In this document: positions 41,892 through 51,523 of the stretch, piece after piece
How the letters are laid out: every line of letters starts with the position of its first letter
Numbering within the stretch: position 1 is the first letter of the stretch
Made by a program: the position numbers and the translations under genes
Notes under the pieces: generated by a model
Database searches by the model: none
What the model saw: the letters and a program-made list of their open reading frames with translations, nothing else
Told to the model about the DNA's origin: nothing
Source: a virus
Taxonomy: Duplodnaviria > Heunggongvirae > Uroviricota > Caudoviricetes
DNA length: 64,000 nucleotides
Virus record (IMG/VR): IMGVR_UViG_3300045988_154391
Strand: one strand, 5' to 3'

Positions 41892-42893
41892 ATGTCAAAG
41901 AAAAACAGACCAACAATTGGGCGAACCCTTAATCCTTCAATATTAAGCGGATTTGATAGTTCTTCAGCCTCTGGCGATCGAATCGAGCAGGTATTCAAGT
42001 TATCAACTGGTCGCCAGGCCACATTTATCGAGGAGATAATTCCTCCGAACCAGGTAGAAAGCGATACCTTTATTGATCAGCATAACAACGGGCGTGACCA
42101 GGCATCTCTTACGCCAAAATCATTAAAAAGTATCCGAAGCACTATTAAGCATCAGCAATTTTACCCTGCAATAGGTGTTAGACGGGCTACAGGGAAAATT
42201 GAAATTTTGGATGGTTCCCGGCGTCGAGCTTCTGCCATCTTAGAGAACGTAGGGTTGCGGGTTTTAGTCACGGACCAGGAGATCAGCGTTCAGGAAGCGC
42301 AAAATTTAGCGAAAGACGTTCAGACAGCATTGCAGCACAGCATTCGAGAAATAGGTCTGCGTTTGATGCGAATGAAAAATGATGGGATGAGTCAGAAGGA
42401 TATTGCAGCCAAAGAAGGACTGTCTCAGGCGAAGGTCACGCGTGCTCTCCAGGCAGCGAGTGCTCCGGAAGAATTAGTCGCCCTTTTCCCTGTGCAGTCG
42501 GAATTAACCTTTTCGGACTACAAAACGCTTTGTGCTGTTGGCGACGAAATGGGGAACAAGAATTTAGAGTTTGATCAGCTTATTCAAAACATATCCCCGG
42601 AAATAAACGACATCTTATCCATTGAAGAAATGGCCGAAGATGAAGTTAAAAATAAAATCCTGCGCTTGATAACAAAGGAAGCCTCACTACTCACGGATAA
42701 AGGTTCTAAAGATAAGTCCGTAGTTACTGAATTATGGAAATTTGAGGACAAGGATCGCTTTGCAAGGAAGCGCGTGAAAGGCCGTGCATTTTCTTATGAG
42801 TTTAATCGACTTTCAAAAGAGCTACAGGAAGAACTCGACAGGATGATTGGGCATATCCTTAGAAAGAGCCTCGATAAAAAGCCGAAGCCTTAA
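41892..42893 (+). CDS. parB: Partition protein ParB
   Basis: 333 aa; immediately downstream of parA and followed by parS-like heptamers. Confidence 0.9.
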   Translation: MSKKNRPTIGRTLNPSILSGFDSSSASGDRIEQVFKLSTGRQATFIEEIIPPNQVESDTFIDQHNNGRDQASLTPKSLKSIRSTIKHQQFYPAIGVRRATGKIEILDGSRRRASAILENVGLRVLVTDQEISVQEAQNLAKDVQTALQHSIREIGLRLMRMKNDGMSQKDIAAKEGLSQAKVTRALQAASAPEELVALFPVQSELTFSDYKTLCAVGDEMGNKNLEFDQLIQNISPEINDILSIEEMAEDEVKNKILRLITKEASLLTDKGSKDKSVVTELWKFEDKDRFARKRVKGRAFSYEFNRLSKELQEELDRMIGHILRKSLDKKPKP

Positions 42894-42894
42894 A

Positions 42895-42985
42895 CTTTCG
42901 CCATTCAAATTTCACTGTTAACCTACTGTTTTTAAAGTAAATCAATCTAAAATTTCAAGGTGAAATCGCCACGATTTCACCTTGG
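42895..42985. other. parS partition site (box A heptamers and box B hexamers around an AT-rich spacer)
   Basis: TCGCCA at 42898 and ATTTCAC at 42909; then GTGAAAT, TCGCCA, ATTTCAC at 42960-42980. Confidence 0.65.
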
Positions 42986-43097
42986 ATTTTACCTTCCTCC
43001 CCTACTCCCGAAAAAAATAAAAAAATTGCTTGTCACGAGAAAGTCAACAAGTGACTTTCAATAAAATCTCTTCCGAAAAGGGATTCACACAAGTGCC

Positions 43098-44825
43098 TTG
43101 TGTTTAAGGAAGAGTAAATTGAGTAACTTACGCGAATACCAGAATCGTATTGCAGATATCGCAAAACGCTCTAAAGCTGTGCTTGGCTGGGCAAGCACTG
43201 CGCAGTTCGGTACTGATAACCAATTCATTAAAGATGATGCCGCGCGTGCCGCATCTATCCTTGAAGCTGCACGTAAAGACCCGGTTTTTGCGGGTATCTC
43301 TGATAATGCCACCGCTCAAATCGCTACAGCGTGGGCAAGTGCACTGGCTGACTACGCCGCAGCACATAAATCTATGCCGCGTCCGGAAATTCTGGCCTCC
43401 TGCCACCAGACGCTGGAAAACTGCCTGATTGAGTCCACCCGCAATAGCATGGATGCCACTAATAAAGCGATGCTGGAATCCGTCGCAGCAGAGATGATGA
43501 GCGTTTCTGACGGTGTTATGCGTCTGCCTTTATTCCTCGCGATGATCCTGCCTGTTCAGTTGGGGGCCGCTACCGCTGATGCGTGTACCTTCATTCCGGT
43601 TACGCGTGACCAGTCAGACATCTATGAAGTCTTTAACGTGGCAGGTTCCTCTTTTGGTTCTTATGCTGCTGGTGATGTTCTGGACATGCAATCCGTCGGG
43701 GTGTACAGCCAGTTACGTCGCCGCTATGTGCTGGTGGCAAGCTCCGATGGCACCAGCAAAACCGCAACCTTCAAGATGGAAGACTTCGAAGGCCAGAATG
43801 TACCAATCCGAAAAGGTCGCACTAACATCTACGTTAACCGTATTAAGTCTGTTGTTGATAACGGTTCCGGCAGCCTACTTCACTCGTTTACTAATGCTGC
43901 TGGTGAGCAAATCACTGTTACCTGCTCTCTGAACTACAACATTGGTCAGATTGCCCTGTCGTTCCCCAAAGCGCCGGATAAAGGCACTGAGATCGCAATT
44001 GAGACGGAAATCAATATTGAAGCCGCTCCTGAGCTGATCCCGCTGATCAACCACGAAATGAAGAAATACACCCTGTTCCCAAGTCAGTTCGTTATCGCGG
44101 CTGAGCACACGGTACAGGCGGCGTATGAAGCACAGCGTGAATTTGGTCTGGACCTGGGTTCCCTACAGTTCCGCACCCTGAAGGAATACCTGTCTCATGA
44201 ACAGGATATGCTGCGTCTTCGCATCATGATCTGGCGCACTCTTGCGACCGACACCTTTGACATCGCTCTGCCGGTTAACCAGTCCTTTGATGTATGGGCA
44301 ACCATCATTCGTGGCAAATTCCAGACTGTATATCGCGACATTATTGAGCGCGTTAAATCTTCTGGTGCGATGGGGATGTTTGCTGGTGCTGATGCAGCAT
44401 CTTTCTTCAAACAGTTGCCGAAGGATTTCTTCCAGCCAGCCGAAGACTATATCCAGACTCCGTATGTTCACTACATCGGTACCCTGTTCGGTAACGTGAA
44501 AGTGTACGAAGTACCTGCTGGTATTTGTAAGAACTTAACGACAGAGAACATTCAGTTCAGCTCGATGGATGTGCTGTGCTACGTCCGTGATGAAAATCCG
44601 GGTAAAGCAGGCTTTGTGACTGGTGATGCTGTCCCGGCTATCCCGTTCCAGCATCCGACCACTCCGGCGCTGGTCAACCGTACCACACTGTGGGGTTCGG
44701 CTATCAACGATATGCACCCACGCAACGGCGCTGATTACTTCACTCGTGTAACGCTGACAATGGCCAAAAAAGGCGGGCTTAACTTTATAAGCGGCGACAC
44801 GATTGATGCCGGTGACTCTGAGTAA
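43098..44825 (+). CDS. Large structural protein, possibly the major head protein (P1 gene 23 position)
   Basis: Track ORF starts on TTG at 43098; a second TTG at 43119 has a better AGGAAGAG upstream; functional call is from synteny only. Confidence 0.4.
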   Translation: MCLRKSKLSNLREYQNRIADIAKRSKAVLGWASTAQFGTDNQFIKDDAARAASILEAARKDPVFAGISDNATAQIATAWASALADYAAAHKSMPRPEILASCHQTLENCLIESTRNSMDATNKAMLESVAAEMMSVSDGVMRLPLFLAMILPVQLGAATADACTFIPVTRDQSDIYEVFNVAGSSFGSYAAGDVLDMQSVGVYSQLRRRYVLVASSDGTSKTATFKMEDFEGQNVPIRKGRTNIYVNRIKSVVDNGSGSLLHSFTNAAGEQITVTCSLNYNIGQIALSFPKAPDKGTEIAIETEINIEAAPELIPLINHEMKKYTLFPSQFVIAAEHTVQAAYEAQREFGLDLGSLQFRTLKEYLSHEQDMLRLRIMIWRTLATDTFDIALPVNQSFDVWATIIRGKFQTVYRDIIERVKSSGAMGMFAGADAASFFKQLPKDFFQPAEDYIQTPYVHYIGTLFGNVKVYEVPAGICKNLTTENIQFSSMDVLCYVRDENPGKAGFVTGDAVPAIPFQHPTTPALVNRTTLWGSAINDMHPRNGADYFTRVTLTMAKKGGLNFISGDTIDAGDSE

Positions 44826-44885
44826 TCAGGGGAAGTTCTCCGTTTAACATAGCGCCCCCGTGCGGGGCGCATAACAGGGAAAGTT

Positions 44886-46475
44886 ATGTCTCAATATTCA
44901 ATTCAACAGTCATTAGGTAATGCATCCGGCGTCGCTGTTAGCCCGATCAATGCCGATGCGACGTTATCTACCGGTGTTGCATTAAATAGCAGCTTGTGGG
45001 CTGGTATTGGCGTATTTGCGCGTGGCAAGCCGTTTACTGTTCTTGCGGTTACTGAGTCCAATTACGAAGATGTTCTCGGCGAACCGCTGAAGCCGTCTTC
45101 CGGCTCACAGTTCGAACCAATTCGCCATGTATACGAAGCTATTCAGCAAACGTCAGGTTATGTTGTTCGTGCTGTTCCGGATGATGCGAAGTTCCCGATT
45201 ATTATGTTCGATGAATCAGGCGAACCGGCTTACAGTGCGTTGCCATACGGTTCTGAAATTGAACTTGATAGCGGCGAAGCCTTTGCTATCTACGTTGATG
45301 ATGGTGATCCGTGTATTTCACCTACCCGTGAGTTAACCATCGAAACGGCAACAGCGGACAGCGCAGGTAATGAACGCTTCCTCCTGAAACTGACCCAGAC
45401 GACTTCGCTCGGCGTGGTAACGACCCTGGAGACACACACTGTGTCTTTGGCGGAAGAAGCAAAAGATGACATGGGCCGCTTGTGTTATCTGCCTACGGCT
45501 CTGGAAGCCCGTTCTAAATATCTGCGCGCGGTTGTTAATGAAGAGCTGATTTCGACGGCGAAAGTAACAAATAAAAAATCGCTGGCGTTCACTGGCGGTA
45601 CCAACGGCGATCAGTCGAACATTTCCACTGCTGCTTACCTGCGTGCGGTGAAAGTGCTGAACAATGCGCCGTACATGTACACCGCTGTTCTTGGCTTGGG
45701 CTGCTATGACAATGCGGCTATCACCGCATTAGGTAAAATCTGTGCAGATCGCCTGATTGATGGCTTCTTTGATGTCAAACCGACATTGACGTACACGGAA
45801 GCGATCTCTGCTGTTGAAGATACCGGTTTACTTGGTACCGATTATGTAAGCTGTGCTGTCTATCACTACCCGTTCTCCTGCAAAGACAAATGGACCCAAT
45901 CCCGTGTGGTCTTTGGTCTGTCTGGCGTGGCGTATGCGGCGAAAGCTCGTGGCGTCAAGAAAAACTCTGATGTCGGCGGTTGGCATTACTCACCGGCTGG
46001 TGAAGAACGTGCCGTCATTGCTCGTGCGTCAATTCAACCGCTGTATCCGGAAGATACCCCGGACGAAGAAGCAATGGTCAAGGGCCGTCTCAATAAAGTA
46101 TCTGTTGGCACCTCTGGCCAGATGATCATCGACGATGCTTTAACTTGCTGCACGCAGGATAACTATCTGCACTTCCAGCACGTCCCATCCCTGATGAATG
46201 CAATCAGCCGTTTCTTTGTCCAGTTAGCCCGACAGATGAAGCATAGCCCGGACGGTATTACTGCGGCTGGCCTGACTAAAGGGATGACCAAACTTTTAGA
46301 TCGCTTTGTCGCCTCCGGCGCTCTGGTGGCTCCTCGTGATCCTGATGCTGACGGTACAGAACCGTATGTGCTGAAAGTTACGCAGGCGGAATTCGATAAA
46401 TGGGAAGTAGTCTGGGCTTGCTGCCCGACTGGCGTAGCCCGTCGTATCCAGGGCGTACCGCTGCTTATTAAGTAA
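44886..46475 (+). CDS. Putative contractile tail sheath protein
   Basis: 529 aa; central AVLGLGCYDNAAITALGKICADRL resembles the sheath-protein VPG...ALA motif; weak recollection-based similarity. Confidence 0.45.
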   Translation: MSQYSIQQSLGNASGVAVSPINADATLSTGVALNSSLWAGIGVFARGKPFTVLAVTESNYEDVLGEPLKPSSGSQFEPIRHVYEAIQQTSGYVVRAVPDDAKFPIIMFDESGEPAYSALPYGSEIELDSGEAFAIYVDDGDPCISPTRELTIETATADSAGNERFLLKLTQTTSLGVVTTLETHTVSLAEEAKDDMGRLCYLPTALEARSKYLRAVVNEELISTAKVTNKKSLAFTGGTNGDQSNISTAAYLRAVKVLNNAPYMYTAVLGLGCYDNAAITALGKICADRLIDGFFDVKPTLTYTEAISAVEDTGLLGTDYVSCAVYHYPFSCKDKWTQSRVVFGLSGVAYAAKARGVKKNSDVGGWHYSPAGEERAVIARASIQPLYPEDTPDEEAMVKGRLNKVSVGTSGQMIIDDALTCCTQDNYLHFQHVPSLMNAISRFFVQLARQMKHSPDGITAAGLTKGMTKLLDRFVASGALVAPRDPDADGTEPYVLKVTQAEFDKWEVVWACCPTGVARRIQGVPLLIK

Positions 46476-46484
46476 GGGAATACA

Positions 46485-47300
46485 ATGAGCAAAAACTTTT
46501 TTCAATCCGGGGCATTTTTGGGGAATGGACTGTCTCGTTTCGCTTTGAACTCTGATCCTGTGCAGCTGATGGAGTCTGCCAGAGCAAGCGCCGAACCGCC
46601 AACAGATCCGGTTATTAATAATAATCCGGAACCGGCGGCACAGACTAACGATAACGTTCCATCTGCCCCGGCTCCTGAGCAAATCCTGGAAGGGAAAGAC
46701 GGTAAAGAATGGACCGTCGAACAGGCGCACCAGATGATTCTGGAAGCTGCAAATCGAAGTGCTATGCAGAATGCGTTGAGTGATGCGGCCGACGCCGTTT
46801 TCGCCTGGGCTGATAGCGGTGATCTGACTTTCGACTCCCTTGATGGTTTCGTTCAGGCTATCGCTGGTATCTCTGATGACGACGACTCCGAAGTTACAGA
46901 AGAACAGGACGATGCCTATAACGAAGCATGGGCAAATGTTGCTGACTTCCTCGCAGCATGCGGTGTAGATGATGACCTGATCGAAGCACTGGCTGACGAT
47001 GAAGACGACGACGCAGCTGCTGATGTTGGTGCCTCTATCGCTGGTTTAGATAGCGACGACCGTGACGAACTGGAAGCGGCGTTTGTTGTTGCTGGCACTT
47101 CTGATGAAATGCTGACTGAAGCATTTAAGAAGGTTGTTCGTAATGGTGAGATCAAACTCATCCGTAAACGCCTGCGTAAAAAACGTCTGACTGCGGCTCA
47201 AAAATCGGCGCTGAAAAAAGCGCGTCGAAAAGCCCAGACCGGCGCGGCAAAACTGGCCCGCAAAAAGTCAATGAAACTGCGCCGTAAGCGCCTCGGCTAA
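46485..47300 (+). CDS. Acidic protein with a strongly basic C-terminal tail
   Basis: 271 aa; D/E-rich centre; last about 45 residues dominated by K and R. Confidence 0.4.
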   Translation: MSKNFFQSGAFLGNGLSRFALNSDPVQLMESARASAEPPTDPVINNNPEPAAQTNDNVPSAPAPEQILEGKDGKEWTVEQAHQMILEAANRSAMQNALSDAADAVFAWADSGDLTFDSLDGFVQAIAGISDDDDSEVTEEQDDAYNEAWANVADFLAACGVDDDLIEALADDEDDDAAADVGASIAGLDSDDRDELEAAFVVAGTSDEMLTEAFKKVVRNGEIKLIRKRLRKKRLTAAQKSALKKARRKAQTGAAKLARKKSMKLRRKRLG

Positions 47301-47335
47301 AGGAGGGGGCCGGAGAACTCCGGCCTTTAACTTGA

Positions 47336-47917
47336 ATGGCTCCTATAGCTTATGGGGTTTACAGCCAGGCTGACGGTGTATCGCCATATCTGAAAGTTAC
47401 TTTAACGAACTCTCAGTACCAGGTTACCGGATATATCAGCCAGGGAGCGGCAATGAACATGGCCCAGAATTGGGAAGCGCCATTTACCGGTATGTCCATG
47501 GGATCTGTTTCTGGTGCTCTGGGTGGTTTTGTGCAAGTAGGTACTGAAACAACGTCGGTTGCCCGTTGGAATAGCTTAATGGTTTGGGAAGGGGGGACTC
47601 CGCCGACGTTCACGCTGCCTGTAACTTTCATTGCTTTGAACAATCCATTCATTGAAGTTTCAGGCGCTATCGCCGCGTTGACAGCCATGATTAGCCCGGA
47701 ACTAAAAGCGGCCAATGTTGGTGGTCGAATCCCGGAGCGCGTGACGCTAAACATTGGTCGCCGGATCAACATCACCGATGTCGCCATCCAGGACTTAAGT
47801 TTTGATCTCGATGCGCCAAGGGACAGTAATGGATATTTCCTGAAAAACACCGTCAACCTCCAGTTGACCGGTTCTTCGATATATAACAGCTCCGATATTG
47901 TTCGGGCGTTCCAGTAA
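47336..47917 (+). CDS. Hypothetical structural protein
   Basis: 193-aa ORF in the structural operon. Confidence 0.4.
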   Translation: MAPIAYGVYSQADGVSPYLKVTLTNSQYQVTGYISQGAAMNMAQNWEAPFTGMSMGSVSGALGGFVQVGTETTSVARWNSLMVWEGGTPPTFTLPVTFIALNNPFIEVSGAIAALTAMISPELKAANVGGRIPERVTLNIGRRINITDVAIQDLSFDLDAPRDSNGYFLKNTVNLQLTGSSIYNSSDIVRAFQ

Positions 47918-47928
47918 AAGGATTTTAT

Positions 47929-48438
47929 ATGGGGCACAATAACACTAAGGGAAACCGTAAATTTATTAAGGGCCGCTATACTGCCAACGCGGCCAAAGGC
48001 GAACGACTGGTATCTTCTGAATTCCAGCTCACTTTTGCAGGCCATGAAGATATCAGCGTACTGGTTCGCACGTCGCAAATTCCTGAAATGACCCGCGAGG
48101 ATGTGGAGGACTATGGTCCGAATGGTGTGAAGTTCAACCAGCACGGACCAATTCGAAACTCTGGGGAAATCCAGGTCCAGTGCGTGGAGACTATCGAAGG
48201 CGATATTCTTCAGTTCATCAAGGATCGCATTGCGGCGAAGGACTATGTTGATATCACGATGGCTGCTACCCCTGAATCCAAATCTTCCGGGGTTAACGCT
48301 GTGACAAAAGCTGCTACAACAATTGAAATGTTGGACTGCAAAATCTACAGTGATGCAATCGACTTTAGTACCGAAGATGTGACTGCTGCTGTGCGCCCGT
48401 CACTTCGTATCGTCTACAACTGGATTGAGTGGGATTAA
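47929..48438 (+). CDS. Hypothetical structural protein
   Basis: 169-aa ORF followed by a strong terminator. Confidence 0.4.
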   Translation: MGHNNTKGNRKFIKGRYTANAAKGERLVSSEFQLTFAGHEDISVLVRTSQIPEMTREDVEDYGPNGVKFNQHGPIRNSGEIQVQCVETIEGDILQFIKDRIAAKDYVDITMAATPESKSSGVNAVTKAATTIEMLDCKIYSDAIDFSTEDVTAAVRPSLRIVYNWIEWD

Positions 48439-48457
48439 GAGTCATCCCTTGTATTTT

Positions 48458-48482
48458 AAAGCTCCTTCGGGAGCTTTTTTTA
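48458..48482 (+). terminator. Rho-independent terminator
   Basis: AGCTCC-ttcg-GGAGCT followed by a T7 run. Confidence 0.65.
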
Positions 48483-48609
48483 TAACTATTTTATATAAAC
48501 ATGCATCGATAACATTGTCTGGAGTTTTATGTTAGATTATTAATGTTCTAATAAACTACAATTATTGAGGTAGATGTTTGTGCCTGTACTGTTAAAGGGG
48601 GACTCTAAA

Positions 48610-49206
48610 ATGGCTGTGATTCCAATGTCGTACTCCCCGGGTACTGTCGCTCGTCGATTTTCGATCCTGGACGGAGTTACCATCCAGGGTGTGCTTTACC
48701 AGGTTATATGGGATTCCAAAACCCCATTTGCAGCTGTAATAGAGGCTGCGCCTTCTATTATCGATGGTGATATGCGCCATAAGGTTGTCGCTACTCTTGA
48801 ACTTCAACGTCGCCCGCAGCTTGAAGGCGTACTGGTAAGGAAGTTCTGGGAGGATAGCGATGTTGCCCAGATTGAAGGTATCGTGGTTGATGGAACCGTC
48901 CGGGATGTCGGTTTAGCTACTTTTGTTTACGAAACCGTAGCCTCAAAAGCTGGTGTTGTTTTGCTCAGTGATAATGAGCAATACGAAGGTGGAAAAGCTC
49001 TTTGGCAACACATCGCCCGTCGCTCTTCCGAGCTAAAAGTGTTTATCCTTGACACCGATGCCGCTCAGTATTACCCGTTTGACGGCGAACGTGTTTGCTA
49101 TGACGGGGTAAGTATTCCTGAATCCGAGATATGGAGTGAACACCCAGATCGAAGTAAGCATGGGGTTGTTCTGGTCGCTGAATCCATAATTGGAAATGCG
49201 GCATAG
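48610..49206 (+). CDS. Hypothetical protein, isolated gene with its own AT-rich upstream region
   Basis: ORF 48574..49206 trimmed to the ATG at 48610 (AGGGGGA upstream). Confidence 0.4.
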   Translation: MAVIPMSYSPGTVARRFSILDGVTIQGVLYQVIWDSKTPFAAVIEAAPSIIDGDMRHKVVATLELQRRPQLEGVLVRKFWEDSDVAQIEGIVVDGTVRDVGLATFVYETVASKAGVVLLSDNEQYEGGKALWQHIARRSSELKVFILDTDAAQYYPFDGERVCYDGVSIPESEIWSEHPDRSKHGVVLVAESIIGNAA

Positions 49207-49388
49207 CAGTAAAAAATTCCTTGCTCCTTAAAAGGGGAGAGGGTTAATCTACGTATGCTAAGCATAGATATGGCCTCAGATTAATGTTAAGCGTCTTGCA
49301 GGACGCGTAATGTTATCTGGGGCTTTCTTCTATCTGCTTTTCGGGTAATGCCTGAAGCAGATAGCCTCAAGCACCCGCAACGATTGTA

Positions 49389-49634
49389 TCAATGTCTGGC
49401 TTTTTTTCTATAGAAATCACCTGGAAGGGTGAATATCCACATCAGAAGAAATGTTGCAGCAAACATGATCCCTAATGGCCAGACCGCGCCAAAGAAAATC
49501 CATTCTAAGATCTCCTCTGCTTGTTCTTTGCGGTCGATATCGACAAGCATTTTTCGGCTGATCATGTATACACAGAAGCCAATACAAACATATTCTGCAA
49601 AAGCGATCGCTAACTGTAAAAAATCAGATTGCAT
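49389..49634 (-). CDS. Small membrane protein downstream of repL
   Basis: ORF 49389..49715 trimmed to an internal Met to avoid overlapping repL; two hydrophobic segments. Confidence 0.35.
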   Translation of the reverse strand: MQSDFLQLAIAFAEYVCIGFCVYMISRKMLVDIDRKEQAEEILEWIFFGAVWPLGIMFAATFLLMWIFTLPGDFYRKKARH

Positions 49635-49684
49635 CTCCGACCTCAAACTGAAAACGCCAGGTGACTCCAGATTAGAGCAATCTA

Positions 49685-50530
49685 TCACCCTCTGAATCCT
49701 GCCGGTATACCCCATTGTTCGTTATCTTTATTTTTGGCTAAAACCGCATTAAGAGCTTCGTTTACCGTCATGCAATGCGGCAAATTATCGAAGTTTGATA
49801 CCCCGCCAATATCAGGAGAACGCTTGTTCTTCAGGTAAGCATATTTCCGCGCTGCCGCCTCTACTTTCTGCTTGAACTCATGTTTTTGAGCGCGCTTTTT
49901 GGATAACCGCAGATTGTCAGCCTTTGCTTTTGCCTCAGCGATCCATGAAGTCAATTTTTTGAGTCTGCTCGTTCCGGCACCGCCGGAAACTGATCTTTTT
50001 GTTTTTTTAACTTGTGACTTCTTATTCTTTATTGCCACGTCATCCTGACAGGGGGAGGGGGTATCATTTTGACATGGGGGTGTGGATAAAAAATTAAATA
50101 AAGCCAATGTCTTAGCGAGAACAGCTTTAACCTTGGTTGCCGCTGAAGAGATCTTTAATTTGCTTTCAATCAGCGCATTTTTGGCTTGTTGTGCGAAGGC
50201 CAAAAAGGATGGCGTAAACCGGTACAGGTTAGCGCGACGTTCACGGTGATCGCCGATAACAATCTCTACAGACAGAATTCCTTTGTTTACAGCTTCACGG
50301 AATGCACGAACGACGGTTGATTGGCTATAACCAGTTTCTGCCGCGATCAGGCGGTGAGGCTTGTGAATGAAGTATTCACTGGTTGTTGCCGCGAGATTTG
50401 CACATTGCGACAGGATATGCCCGGCGCTACGGGATAGACCGGAGTATGTTACAAAGCAGGCCAATTCATAGCCAGAAAAAGTAAAATCGCTCATCGTTAT
50501 ACAGCTCAGGAAAGTGACTTTAGCCAGCAT
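49685..50530 (-). CDS. repL: Lytic replication initiator RepL-like protein
   Basis: 281 aa directly downstream of the kilA-like gene, as in the P1 kilA-repL operon. Confidence 0.65.
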   Translation of the reverse strand: MLAKVTFLSCITMSDFTFSGYELACFVTYSGLSRSAGHILSQCANLAATTSEYFIHKPHRLIAAETGYSQSTVVRAFREAVNKGILSVEIVIGDHRERRANLYRFTPSFLAFAQQAKNALIESKLKISSAATKVKAVLAKTLALFNFLSTPPCQNDTPSPCQDDVAIKNKKSQVKKTKRSVSGGAGTSRLKKLTSWIAEAKAKADNLRLSKKRAQKHEFKQKVEAAARKYAYLKNKRSPDIGGVSNFDNLPHCMTVNEALNAVLAKNKDNEQWGIPAGFRG

Positions 50531-50559
50531 TACAATGCTGGTGGTTCTTACTACGTCTG

Positions 50560-51360
50560 TTAGCGCGTTGCCGCGACAGGTACCAGCACACCAGCATCAA
50601 GCAATCGCTTCATCAGCCACTGCTGACCTTTGCCGGTTATACGAGTCGTGAAAGAAATCCTGCTTCCATTGCTTGTATCGATCACGGTTTCTTTAAGGGT
50701 GAAATACCCACGGGATATGTATTCTTGTTTGGGGACGTTCCTGCGTTCACCGGTTGCGATCAGAATTCCGTTATCACGCAACCAGGTGAAGAGATAGTTT
50801 TGGCCCAGGCCGAGCACTTTGGCATAGTTGCCGATTAGAACCCCGCTGGCGGTAGCAACGCGTTCGGCGAATTCGACTTTAGGTGCATCCATAAGCATTT
50901 TTTGCTCCAGCCGTTGCTTTTGCTCTGCCAGGTCGGCAGCCAAACGGAGAGCTTCAGGGAGACTCTGCGGAATAGCAGGTTGTAATCTTCCAGCTCGATA
51001 GTCGATAAATGTCTGGTTTACCTTCAGCCGAAACGCGGGAGAAATCCAGCCTGCGTACTCCACAGCGAGCAATTCATGGGCAAAAGTGCCGCCGCCACGG
51101 CCTTCGAACGAAACTATGCAATTCTGCATAGTTTCTTTTTCAAGCTCTTCGATGAGCTGTTTGGCTGACAGCGTTCTTAGCCATTGAGCTGGCGCTTTAT
51201 GGGCACCGAGTCCGCTCGCTCTGTGTAGAGCATTAAGGTTGTAACGGCCAGCGCGGTCGGTCGTAATTTCAACACCACAAATAACAGGCAGAGTGGTTGA
51301 AGGATCGACATTTTGATGAAGGTTTGATATATTCATATCCGCATTGAATGTTTGTTGCAT
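50560..51360 (-). CDS. kilA: KilA-like protein (KilA-N domain plus KilAC/ANT C-terminal domain)
   Basis: 266 aa; C-terminal 120 aa paralogous to both Ant-like proteins; operator-like site upstream. Confidence 0.65.
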   Translation of the reverse strand: MQQTFNADMNISNLHQNVDPSTTLPVICGVEITTDRAGRYNLNALHRASGLGAHKAPAQWLRTLSAKQLIEELEKETMQNCIVSFEGRGGGTFAHELLAVEYAGWISPAFRLKVNQTFIDYRAGRLQPAIPQSLPEALRLAADLAEQKQRLEQKMLMDAPKVEFAERVATASGVLIGNYAKVLGLGQNYLFTWLRDNGILIATGERRNVPKQEYISRGYFTLKETVIDTSNGSRISFTTRITGKGQQWLMKRLLDAGVLVPVAATR

Positions 51361-51429
51361 TTTTTCTCCAAATTTGCATCAACCTTCAATCACCAGCTCG
51401 AAATGGTGATTCTTTGCACTTAGAAAACG

Positions 51430-51446
51430 AAATTTATTAGAGCAAA
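51430..51446. promoter_or_regulatory. C1-operator-like 17-mer (16/17) upstream of kilA-repL
   Basis: AAATTTATTAGAGCAAa. Confidence 0.55.
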
Positions 51447-51523
51447 TTTTTCTGACTCGATCCAGATCGGGTTGGTCGATCTGCTCAGAAACCTGCCAGT
51501 TTGCTGGCAGGTTTTTTCTTTTG

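Noticed and set aside
44852-44870. GC hairpin (GCGCCCC-cgtg-CGGGGCGC) after the head-like gene as a terminator
   Set aside because: No T-run follows and the next gene starts 16 nt later in the same operon; more likely an mRNA stability element or nothing.
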